Source: Chrysomallon squamiferum
Taxonomy: Eukaryota; Animalia; Mollusca
Direction of reading: 5' to 3'
DNA: 64,000 nucleotides
NCBI GenBank assembly: GCA_012295275.1
Contig: CM022672.1
Span: forward strand, 3,968,001 to 4,032,000
The notes under the pieces were generated by a model. The model was given only the letters and a program-made list of their open reading frames with translations, had not been told where the DNA came from and ran no database searches. This document shows positions 45,001 through 64,000 of this stretch, piece after piece (positions within the stretch are counted from its first letter, which is position 1; every line of letters starts with the position of its first letter). Position numbers and translations under genes: made by a program.

Positions 45001-48000
45001 GGTGTATATATGAGAATCTTTGCTGCTAATAGCAGGAAGTAGCAACATTATCTTGAATGGTACTTAACCATTTGTTCCTTGCCATACAGGTATTAATAAA
45101 ATTGTATTTTTTAACTAAAACATATCCTCCTTTCCTTGAAGTGCTTTTTTCAGTTTTTCCACGGATTATGATACTTATACTGAAAACTTGTTTTTCAAAA
45201 ATAATTGTTAATTAGACAGACTGCTTTAGCATTTAATGTTTTTTGTTTAATAAAATTATGTCCTTTGCGTTTAATATTTTTTTATTATTATTATTATTCT
45301 AAGCAAGCCTATTTTGTTTTTCTTAATTTCTGTAATTCCACTGATCCCTGCCACTAATCTTATAAATAAAATATTTTAAGGCGTTGAAGATCGTGATGAG
45401 CGAGTTCAGTGTCTGCAGCAGGCAGAAAAAGAAGGTCTTGATATTCCACTTATCACCAAAACAGTGGTGGAGAATATTCGTCATCGTGACACCAGCAGTG
45501 TGGCAGCTGGTGCCGAACTACCACCAGAAACTACAATCTCTGAGGTTTGTTCAGTTTATAATAAAATGTTTTTGATTCTTTTTAACTTGCTTTTGTTTTA
45601 AAAAAAAAAAATATATATATATGTACACACGTGTGTGTGTACATATATGTAAGCGTGCATGCATGCACAGACACACACATACACATATATGTATAGAAAT
45701 TGTCAAGTGGTAAATAGTAATTTTGTTCCATTAAACATTAGAGCAGACTATAAATCATTTCTGTGATACTTGTTTGAGGAGAGATGGTCTTTGGTTAATC
45801 CTTTTTATTGTAACCGTGCCTGTCAATAAAAAAAAATCCTGAATATGGGAAAGTGAATTCCTAACTTTAGTTTGTTTAAAGAATAATTTTTAAAACTCAA
45901 AATACTAATAAAAAAATATTGTGTTATATATTAATAACTGTTGATAAATGAAACTGGTTTTCATTCAATCATTTCAGACAATTATCTTCTTATCATCATT
46001 ATCATCATATTATAGACAATTTTTGTGAACATTTTTTAATTTAAAATCTTTCTTTTTTAAATTTATGTTATTTCTATTCTGTACAGGAGGATCGTAAAAA
46101 GATTGAGGCTATTGACTGGTTAGTGTTTGATCCTACACAGCGACCAGAAGCCATGAAACAAGCTAATGCTGTAATGAGATCTTTCATTGGTCAGTTCAAA
46201 AATATTACTATAAATAATAGTGTTTTGAATGTTATCAACAAGCAATATAATAAAAAAACATATGTTTTAAATATATCAATTCAAAAGGATTGTAACTTTC
46301 CTAAATCTTCAGTCAGTAATGGATACAAGACAGATAAAAACAAAAGTAACTTTTTTCTTATTACTGTTACTATTTACATTAATGAATAAAGTGCGATTTG
46401 TACAGTCTAAAATGTTTTAAAATATCTTCAGGAAAATAAAGTAACAAAGTGCAAGAGTGAAAAAAATTATTAAAAATTAATTTGTATTATTGATATTAAA
46501 TTTTATTTATATATTTATTTACTTGTTTATTATTATTATTATTATTATTATTATTGTTGTTGTTTTCCAGCTCTTAAAAAGAACATAGCTGCTAGAGAAG
46601 TGTTTAAAAAGTTGCCTTCAGATTCTGTCGACTTAATTATGAAAAAATGGCACAAAAGGGTAAATATAAGTTTAATACATTATATTAAATCTTTATTAAA
46701 AAAAATATTTAGTATTTAAAAAAATGTGGGTATGGGATGGCTGTGAGAATGTGCGTACATTTGTCTGCATCCATTCCTGTTTGTGCATTAAATCTGATGT
46801 TTTATTTTTTATTTTTTTCATTTTTTTTAATTGAAAATTGAATTGTTGCAAATAAAAAAATGAAGAAAATAGGTTTTTGGTCATATATCTTAACATAAAT
46901 TTTATTTTGTTTTTATTTTAAATTGTAGACAGGATCTCTTGATTTGCCACCTTCAGATGCCAATGCTATCAGAGAATACCTGTGTATTAAAACTTACCTG
47001 GTATGTGACTTTTCTTTAATATATTTTCAATTTATTATAAATTATATCTTAATCAATAGCTTTTATTCTGTAATACATATGGCATTTACTTGTGTGGTTT
47101 TTTGTGGAGGGGATTTTGTGTGTGTGTGTTTATTGGTTCTTGTTATTTTTATATGTATTAGATTTTGTCTGTTTAATTAATATTTTTCTTTATAAGAAAC
47201 AGTAATATTCAGGATAACAGAAGGTGCAGTGGAAATATTAAATGTTTTAAAAAAAAACCCATCATTTTAGATGAAATTTTACAAGAATGTTTAATATTCA
47301 CATTTTATTTATGTGGTACAGTACACTGGTTTCTAACTGATACCTGAGAATAAATGTAAGTCACTAAATCATAAATTACTTCACTAAGTCTGACGGTAAT
47401 ATCAGTTGATGACATGAATGACAGTCACGAATGAGAATGCTGTCCTTATCAAACTGTTTACCATATAGAAGCACAATCGGAACAAAAACACTGCCAGTTA
47501 CAAGATTACATATTATTATTATTATTATAACTTATTTATTATTTTTTTATTTTTCTAAATAGGATGCTGTAGAAAGTTTTAACAGATGGTTTACACTGTT
47601 CCACCATGACAAGCCAGTGAAACCTGATCAGATTAAGGGTGGAAACTTCACTGAACGTGTTGCGCATGAACATCGACTAAAACAGTATCAGGCTGAATAT
47701 GACAGATGGCAATACAACGTTGCTCAACAGACCAAGGTATGTATCAATTTTGTAACAGTTTAAATTAATCTCAGTGGCCTCACTTTGAGATAATAATGTT
47801 CTCCACAAAAATATGTTTGACAGTTAACTCTAATAATGGATAAATAGTTGTCTATGCTAAACTCATCTTGAATACACATTTTGACGCTCGTCATTAATTA
47901 TTGTGCAAGTTGCTTGGTTCTTGAAACTGGTCATGATGACACAAGTAGTTTCTACAATACTAGTTTAGCAAATATAGCAGCCATTATGCTGGGTGATACA

Positions 48001-49858
48001 AATTTATGAAAATAATTATCAAATTTTGTTTCAGTTTTTAATGTAGTTAACGGAAGGTATAATCCTATTTTATTTGCTTCCATTAAATTTACACAAAGAA
48101 GAAATGTCAGAAATACTGAGGGTTTGATATAGTTTCACATAAATATAGGCAACAAAGTAAGGACAACATTTCAGTTAACAGCCTTTCTGTTTCACAGTTA
48201 CATTGTTTTGATCAGATTAAAACCAGAGCATGAGCAGTGTGTTAATACTATGACAGTCATTTTCATTTGTTCTGGTCGCTTTTTGAGTGTCTTTTTAATT
48301 TTGGGGAATTTTTTGGGGTTGTGTGCAAATTTATTATTGTTTGTAGTTGCACTAAAGAATATTTATACAATAAATTAAGTGAACATATCTACATTATTTA
48401 TATTAATTCATATTTAGGCATCATTTCATTATTTTTCATGTTTTTATGGTTCACACTGAAGACTCCCCCGGCACTATTATAATATTAGTAAACTGAGTAA
48501 TACTGTCAGGCATTTTCTAACATCATTATTATATGAATGCTTTGTGTTTTACAGTATTCGTCTAGAACCACTCATTGTGCTTGTCATTATCGTATCTATT
48601 CTCCTCATACATCACTGAAGTATTTTTCTTGTCAGTCAGAGCTGAGGAGCATGCCATTCTGCTACGGAAAGCTGCATTATAAAAATAATCCATGAAGTGG
48701 TTGCAACACACTTCCTTGTATATAAAACCAAAATTAGGTTTGATACAAAATAACTTGATATTAAAATAGGTTTTATTTAATTTCTGTTTGCAGATGACAA
48801 AAGATAGAATCTACAATGTTTTGATGTTTGCTGATGGTGGCTGGATGAAAGACCAAAGAGATGTAAGATATAATATTTAACATAATATTTATGTAATTCA
48901 GTCTTCAGACACATTACCATATTAAACCATTTCATGAATTAAAACTGATGTCCTTTAATTATAAAGTAGCTATTATTATAAAAGCCAGAAGAGTGGGATA
49001 TCTAGTCTTAGATTTTTAAAAGGATGAATAAAATCTCAGTACATATTATAATTATATTTTAATTTTCGTGAACGACTTTGTAATGAAAGTAACAGATCAC
49101 TTTATTATATATTTCAGGATGAAGGTGCTGATCCATCCCGTCAGCTTCAGATGTCATCATTAAGGAAGTTAGTCTTGCCAGGACTGTGTTTCAACCTCCA
49201 TTACATCCTCCATTCCACTGACCAGAATGCTGAGTGCATGCAAATTGCTGATATCGTTGCCTCAGAGCAGTACATGCTGTATACGGTATTTAATAAAGAT
49301 TTTTTTTTTTTTTTATATATATATTATGTTTATTGAGTTTGTGTTACAGATGATGATGCTTTTTATCATATTTACTATTCCTTAAGACCAGCTGATTTAA
49401 ACTAGAATATTTCTCTCTAGCAATTTACAAAATTAATTTTTGGTAATTTTTAGCAAAATTTTATGAGTTGAACATTGTCGTTGTTCTAGAAAATATTATA
49501 AAAACTTAATTTTTTTCTCTTTCTCTAACAGAAGATTTTTATTTAATAAGGTTAAATGTCTACAGTAATTTGTTGTTGGATATTGTTGGTTGTGTATTTT
49601 AGCAGCACAAATAATGACAAATGGAGAGTAGCTGGTGCAGAACATTTAACATTCAACTTTCTCATACACAAAAGAGCCAATTGAAATTCTGAGTTTAAAA
49701 ACTAAGACAACAGGTCCTTAATGAATCACACCTTAAATTATTTTTCATTTCAGGATTTTACTAAAGACGAAATTCGAAGACTTCTTCATCTGTTTCGAGA
49801 ATCGTCACTGGTTCTACTGGATCAGGGCAAAGATCCACTCGGCTATGAATTAGTTTAA
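37027..49858 (+). CDS. NUP107: Nuclear pore complex protein Nup107, about 894 aa
   Basis: Exons 37027-37111, 37786-37869, 38058-38137, 38697-38766 (LLEEDPG), 39257-39413, 39686-39836, 40102-40173, 40525-40616 (LVIDWLE), 40856-40934 (WENTL), 41282-41395 (DPDAPIRQ...LRAGQL), 41747-41923 ([19 protein letters not shown]), 42438-42643, 43138-43186, 43815-43884, 44231-44349, 44661-44796, 45381-45544, 46087-46189, 46571-46659, 46929-47000, 47563-47736, 48794-48862 (DGGWM), 49118-49285, 49754-49858 ([14 protein letters not shown]). The N-terminal exons are less certain. Confidence 0.95.
44920..45135 (+). mobile_element. Decayed SINE-like interspersed repeat in a NUP107 intron
   Basis: GC-richer block TTGAGCTATTTCTGGTTCCAACCAGTGCCCCACAACTGGTTTAACAAAGGCC...TTGCTGCTAAT...CTTAACCAT. 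A second, inverted copy lies near 6660-6800. It resembles an abundant gastropod repeat I recall (unverified). Confidence 0.55.
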
Positions 49859-51599
49859 AGTTGAAATTCATTCAAGTCGTTCCATTGTGTTGGCATTATT
49901 CACAGTCGTTTATTTTTTGTTTAAATCACCAAGAGAGTTCATAAAAAAAAAAGATGTCATTAAATTGAAGAGTTGTGAATTAGGATCTGTTTTGAAGTTG
50001 AGAGTTAATATTTTCCTGAAACTAATAGTTCAACTTATACCTGTTCATCTTGACTCCAATCTAAACAATACATCTGTTGTATTGGTAATAATACATGGTT
50101 TGCAGAATATCAAAATTACATTTAAATCATAATATTAGAAAAAGGGCTTGAGGGTGTGGTAATCAGTTGAGGAATGTGACGAACCTTATAAAAACGACTG
50201 CTGATGTTATTTCAATTCACGATCAGAAATATAGTTTGGTGCTAAATCAAAATTTTTATTGTTTATTAGGATTATTATTTTTTTATTATTAACAACGTTT
50301 TCATGAGGATGTTGGTTTTGTTTTTGCATATCCTTGAAAACTGATAATATCAAGATTTCTAGATACACCTAGAACTCGGATGAATTTTTTAGATGTTCAT
50401 GTTTTTAAAGAGATGAATATCCCACAAAATTCAGCCAGGAGAGTTATTTTACACTTCTACTTATTTAATCATTTGGAGAGTATAAAATAAACTATATAAC
50501 TGAATCACACTTCATTATTTTATATTTTAAAAGAACGTTATTATCTTCTGGCAGTGCAAATGTTAGAGACTGTTCGAAGTTTTTGGATTTATTCAAATGT
50601 TTATATTTTGTGAAAATAAAAGCTGGAGATTAATAATGCCTGTGTGTGTTTTTATGACTAAATCGTGGCGTTTATTACCGTGATAGTGTTATTTACAGTG
50701 TGCGAAAAGTCCCACGTTTGTGTACACAACGTCATTGTTTAAAGCATGTTATATATCCATTTGTTCAAAAAAGTAAATAAAAACGACCGTCCGAAAGCAA
50801 TAAAACAATATTTAAATAAGATCACCAATGTAGCTTATTCATATTTAAAAAAAAAAAAAAGTAATAATTAAAAAAATAAAGACAATGCCTTATTGTGTTC
50901 TAACTATGCGAAAAATCAGGCCTCACGGTTTATTTTTATTATTATTATTATTATTGGTTTTACTTTATTGCGTGATCTACACGTCTAGTGATTTACACCG
51001 AGCAAATTCTACGCGTTTATTTTAGTTATTTTGTTTATTCTAAAGTTAACAATATAATATCTTTAAAGTGACATTTCCTGTTGAAGGAATATTATCCGTT
51101 CTAGTCGTCCTTCAAGTTGTAGATCACACGCCAAAGATTTCACGACGCGTAGATTACATGCAGTAGCTCGTTATTATTATGTATCTACGACATATTTTTC
51201 TTTAGGTATACAAATTTATTTATAATAAAATTTATATTTACAAAAATAGTGCCTTTTTTATTTTTTAATTGTGATTCTGTCCTGAATACTTAGCATTTAA
51301 GGTAATAAAGATGCATTCTACTTTTAGCATAAAAACGACACAAATATAAAATTTCACTGTAAATTTTATCACCAATAATGTAGTTAGTAAAAGACTATCC
51401 ATATCTTGTGACTGCATATTCTGATATAGCCTATTACAATTTTTCCATTCAAATTTCAATACTCGGATTACATTAAGGTATAAACACAAACAATAAATTT
51501 CCACGGAATATACAGTCCTTTTATATTATTTAATTTTTGATCGTTTACCAAAGTACTTAATTCGCATTAACAGTCCAAAAAGGAAAAATATCTATGATT

Positions 51600-52211
51600 T
51601 CACGATACTGATGAGTTGACAGTTTTGAACTTGCTTAAGCCATGTCTAAGATATCGACATTCTTTCAGGTCCTCCCATTCAGAATCACAAATAGGGCCCC
51701 TGGGATACGTCGGTGTCAGCAGCAGACGAGGATGAAGAGGTGCTGGCTTCACGGTGTAAATTGGCGGCAACAGCATGGGTGGTAAACGTAGCGGTCTTTC
51801 GCGTGGCTCCAGTGAAACATTTTCTTCCTGTTTTATTTTGCGGTTCACAGGCTGCTGATGCAAATCCAAAGACGGTAAAGGCTGTGTTCCTGAACTTCTT
51901 TTTCGTCGTTCGTGACCTTCGTTTCGCGATTCCCGTCGTATCTTTAGTTTTTCCTCTGAATTATCTGCAGTAGAAGAATCGCTGAAGTTGCTGCTAGAAG
52001 CAAAACTTGCCTTAGAATAAGACTGATATGAACAAATGCCGTATCTCCTCTGCCGACTGTTTTTCCTTCGCGTCAACAATGGCTTGTTAGTGGCGTCAAC
52101 AGACAAGATTCTTTCTAAAATCTGCAAATCTGTGCCGAATCCTTTACGCTTTTCACTGCTTGAAAATAACTTCTTTTCAGGTTCAAATCTATTACCGCGT
52201 TGAGAATACAT
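51600..52211 (-). CDS. Uncharacterised single-coding-exon 203-aa basic, low-complexity protein
   Basis: Intact ATG-to-TGA ORF, GC-richer than its flanks. Motifs RRYGIC, RLPPMLLPPIY and C-terminal WEDLKECRYLR. Minus-strand AATAAA near 51257. Confidence 0.75.
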   Translation of the reverse strand: MYSQRGNRFEPEKKLFSSSEKRKGFGTDLQILERILSVDATNKPLLTRRKNSRQRRYGICSYQSYSKASFASSSNFSDSSTADNSEEKLKIRRESRNEGHERRKRSSGTQPLPSLDLHQQPVNRKIKQEENVSLEPRERPLRLPPMLLPPIYTVKPAPLHPRLLLTPTYPRGPICDSEWEDLKECRYLRHGLSKFKTVNSSVS

Positions 52212-54669
52212 TTCTGTATCACGTTCCTTACAATTCCACTGTTATAGTACTATGATGTAATATACAGACAACTGCTTGTTACTGTCCCGCTTTCCTCGGT
52301 AGTATTGTTTAATTTGCCTGATTGTCTCTACAAACAGTTTAGCTAGTGTGATTTATTGCGGTAAGAACAAATCAGACGACAGCACTTCATGTTCCAAATA
52401 CTTTTAATTTATAGTCCTACTTCACTATATGCTAAGTTGTTAATGTCAGAAGCCCATAAAAAAAAGTCATATACGAATAAAAAAAAGGAGCATACTTCAA
52501 AATATCAGTAAATAAATTTATACTGTAGTTATCACTGATATCTGCTGATAGAAAAATATGTTTGTCAAATTCACATTTCAAAATTAAATCAAGCTTGTAA
52601 AAATAAAGAAAACCGTTCCATAATATAAATCCTTATTTGAAGGTAACAAATAATGATATAGAAAAGATTCCCTGATAAATTATCCTATTAATCATTTCAA
52701 AATGTTCACAAGCAAGCGCTTTTTATAGCCGAGAAGTCGTTTAATCTCCGGCGACACAAGTTAAACAGAAACGTCAATATGATGATCCTTGGCACGTCAG
52801 TTACAAACAAGTTTCGCTTGGGTTATGAACTTTCAGCTATCCCATCGCACAACACAGATTTGATTTTTGAAATTATGTTTATGCATACATAATGATTCAT
52901 TTAGCGAAGGCCAATCCTAGACAGATGCAAGGGGCGGCGTAAAATAATTCTTGACTCTGCGGATTATAATGTCACACACCATCAAGCAGTTGGCGACTTT
53001 CCGATGACCTTATGTAAGCGTTGTCTTAGCTTGACCACTCACGACCACGTAACTGACAATGACCAATGGTCTTAGGTATAATAGGTGACCCTTCGTGGAG
53101 TCTAAAAATTTGTTTGTTTGACAGTGGACAATGTCGTTTTTCATTGGTATTCACACAAAAGTTAGAAGGAGTACGACAATAATACGAATCAACCCTATTG
53201 TTGCATTCCAGAAACGCTAACAAGACTGTCGTTGATTTATAATAAATATATTATATTTCTTCAAACGTAAAAAAACTAAAACAAAAAATGCTGTAACATT
53301 ATACATGGGTATTGTTAGTATATCAATAAAAATGAGATTTACAGTCACGCACTGTTCCCGAAACGAAACAAAAACGGAGCTATGAAGAGTGGTAGTTTAT
53401 TAGCAAATGAATATAAACGTGATCAACATTGTTTTTCCTATTTTAATAGCAGTCCATAATGATATTTCTTAAGTCCAAAAGTCATTTTAAAATAGATCTG
53501 GTTTAATTTTTATCATTTTATCAAGAATTTACAGATTTATACATGTATATACGAGTCGTATTTGGTTTTTTTTTTTTTTTTTTTTTTTTTTGTCTTTTTT
53601 CGGGAGTGAGATTGTGCATTTATTTATTTATTATTATGTTTTATTTATTTATTTTATATTATTATTATTAGCATTTATTTATTTATTTATTTATTTATTA
53701 TTATTATTTTAAATTTTTTTTTGCTATGTGGAAACATAAATCACTGAAATCAAGAGAGAGAAAAAAATAAAATAAAGGTGTAACGCACAAATACGCTAAT
53801 ATCCTTTATTAAGGTAACGACAGAACATAGATCCCACGATTAATTCATCCTGGCGTTGCTGTTGTTAGAGGAGTTGCCCACGGTAGTTATATGTGTAGTG
53901 CCAGTAGCCAGTTTCCTTTTTCATTTTATTATCTGACCCAGAGTCATTAAAATAATTATTCTTTCAATGGGAACTATCCATAATTACTGTTACATAAACT
54001 GTTATAAATTAAATTCGCTAAGTATTCATGCAATATCTTCTTAAAGATAATTTTTTATTTATACAGGTAAGATTAGTCAACTCTTTTGGTTAGCCATATT
54101 GAATGATTAAAGAACCCGCAACAAAAGTATTTATATCTACATATACTGGTGTGTATCAAAACCGTGCTTATTGGCAACTGTTCTGAAGGATAAAAGACCC
54201 GAAACAGAAGTACGTGTATCTGTAAACACTGATGTTGATCAGAACTACTAAAACTGACCCCACAAACGCCATTGCAATCCCTGGATAACAGGAGATGTTT
54301 AAGATCATGATGACTGCTCATCTTTCTGGATGTTTGTGCGAGAGAAACGTGTTTAATGAATGTAATGCCTATTAGATTACTTAATTCACTATATTAACAT
54401 ACTAAAGGGGCGTAAACCTGTAGTAAAATTAAGGAAGCACATTTCAGTAAAACACAAATAGAATGCACTGACGTTTAGCGTTTTTTATGCTTGGTTATCT
54501 GTCGCATTGAATGTTGTTGTGGCTTTTCGTAAGTTATTAGTGTCTGGGCTCTTGACCGTTAGATGTCATCTACATTAAATAACACTTGAAGTTAGACGAA
54601 AACAAGCAGTAACCTTAAACACGAACTTTAATAACTGTTTTGTTGATAATTTATGTTTTTCACAATACT

Positions 54670-54704
<35 letters not shown>

Positions 54705-54813
54705 CGCCAGAAAGTAAAATAAATTATCTACTAAGCTGTAAATTATTAAAGTACAATTACCTAAATATCCTCTGTCCAGGGAGGTTCGTGGGTAATTTCC
54801 AGGGGAAGGCAGT

Positions 54814-54844
<31 letters not shown>

Positions 54845-55304
54845 CAATTAACTATAGAAAATATTAGTAGCTTAAATATACATAAAATACAGAGATTAAA
54901 AAACCAACAACCCCAAAACCACCAACAACAACAACAAAAAAAAAACCTATAAATATGCTGGGACTGAATGGTACGTATAAACTGGTATTCAACCAAATTC
55001 CAAATCGAGATCCAATGCCACCTCTTTCTGACGCCTGTGCTTTTACCAAAGATTTATTAAGTGAAAAGGCCATGGTTCAGTGTTATATATTTGAAACTCG
55101 ATAGCTGTTAAGTCAAGAGACAATATTGGGGGACGGGGGAACGAGCAACGAGCACAATATAACAAAACAAAGAGTGAGACCCATATTTTGTTATAGTTGA
55201 TAAGCAGAGCACTTGAAGAAACTGAATTCAGTTGCAATTATTATTAATTTTTTTGTTCTTCCTTATTTATTTATTTGTTTATTTTGTCGTTGTTTTGACG
55301 TTAA

Positions 55305-55335
<31 letters not shown>

Positions 55336-56560
55336 GGTATGATCTTTTCTTTACAATCTTCCAGTTTTTTTTGTTTTTTTTTTTAACATTTTCTTCTTTG
55401 AAGGTTATTTATGTGTAACCTAAAACTTCTTACATATCTGATAATCGATTTATAAAAAATATAAAATAAATTAAAATAAATAAATAAATTAAAATAAATT
55501 AAAATAACAATTGAATAATAATTTAAATTTTTTTATTTTTCCCTTTCATTTCTTCATCTTCATTTTTTCTTCTTTATTTATTTACCCATACAGTGTTGTT
55601 GTTTATTTTTGTTTATTTGTTTGTTTTGTGTTTTTTATTTTTATTTTTTCATCACCCCATATAATACTATAATGTTCACTGACAGTTATGCCAAATACAG
55701 TAAAAAGCGGCTGTCTTGTATACAGAGACAACTTGTTCAGATCTAATTACTAGATATTTTATAGAAACAATGCAAAATGTAAAGTAAAAAAGAATGTGTA
55801 ATATTTTTAATAAAAATGGAAAAAAAAAAAAAACAAAACAAAAAAAAAAAAAAAAAACCACACACACATTATTTTAGTATTAACTTTAATTTCAATATAT
55901 TAAAAACTTCCAGAACGAAATAAAGATGATGATGATAATGATGATGATTAATAAACTAGCTAGCACCTTTATCTGGCCCACATAAATGTGCTAGCTGGGA
56001 ATAATAATACTACTACTAATAATATTTTACCACCTCTTTATTATTATTATTATTTTTTTTTTTTCCTTCAACTTCGTTTGTGTTACATTGTTAATTTAAA
56101 GGCACGATTTTCTCAAACAATATTGATAATGGAAAAAATATTTTAGAAATCAGGAAGTCAGTTTTAAATTTATTATTATTATTATTATTTAATTGTTCTT
56201 TTTGGTCTTTTTTAAGAAAAAGAAATTGAGACATTTAAAGAGGTCGGTTGCATATATCACTGACAAACATTTGATAACGAAATGTTCAATATTAGCAATT
56301 AGATTTATAAATTACAGTGGAAAAAATCTTTGCTAATAATAAATTTTGATTCCACATACCAGATTTCTTATTATAATTTTTTAAACATTTGAAATTGAAT
56401 AATTAGAAAAGAGTTTATTAATATATTTTTTTAAAACTACATAAGTTATATAAAATTAAATTAGTAGGTCCTTTAAATATATCTAATAAATTTTAATTTA
56501 TTATCATTTTATTTTCTTCTTCTTATTTTTACCTCTTTCCCAAATTCACATTTTTGTATA

Positions 56561-56570
56561 AACCGGAAGC
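56561..56570 (+). promoter_or_regulatory. ETS/GABP-type site upstream of DHX15
   Basis: AACCGGAAGC about 75 nt before the ATG at 56643; a similar AACCGGAACT lies at 56777 in intron 1. Confidence 0.45.
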
Positions 56571-56642
56571 AGGTGATCATACGGGCATTTTCATTAGAAA
56601 ATAAAAAGTTTTTTTGTCTTGTGCAGCGTATTAAAATCAGTT

Positions 56643-64000
<7,358 letters not shown>

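Noticed and set aside
49286-49753. Last NUP107 intron as U12-type (CCTTAA words near the 3' end)
   Set aside because: The donor is GTATTTAA rather than GTATCCTT, so it does not meet the minor-intron consensus.
56096-56476. TTAA-AGG...CCT-TTAA bounded segment as a Kolobok/piggyBac-type MITE
   Set aside because: The inverted match extends only about 3 nt beyond TTAA.

Overview
AT-rich, intron-rich animal DNA, most likely a gastropod mollusc (it carries a snail-type yolk ferritin and a decayed SINE-like repeat). Exon chains reconstructed by hand give, in order: the 5' part of SMC3 (-); a secreted yolk-type ferritin (+) with a Cys-rich insert and a GC-AG intron; GLRX3/PICOT (-); NUP107 (+), divergent from GLRX3; a single-exon 203-aa uncharacterised gene (-); and the 5' two thirds of DHX15/PRP43 (+). 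The most unusual feature is GLRX3 intron 7 (9.5 kb), between the two Grx domains. It holds a same-strand, two-exon, ~1300-codon ORF with repeated basic helix-[DN]P-helix modules and SUMO-type motifs. All of its splice junctions are phase 2, like the flanking GLRX3 exons, and the GLRX3 frame overlaps the long ORF in the +1 frame. This suggests a glutaredoxin / putative DNA-binding protein fusion or bicistronic locus lying tail-to-tail with a ferritin gene. Also notable: a GC-rich, hairpin-containing 3' splice site with a PTC-bearing alternative acceptor in DHX15, a Tigger4-like MITE upstream of ferritin, and a tandemly duplicated GLRX3/NUP107 promoter region. All gene models come from manual reading, without alignments or RNA data.
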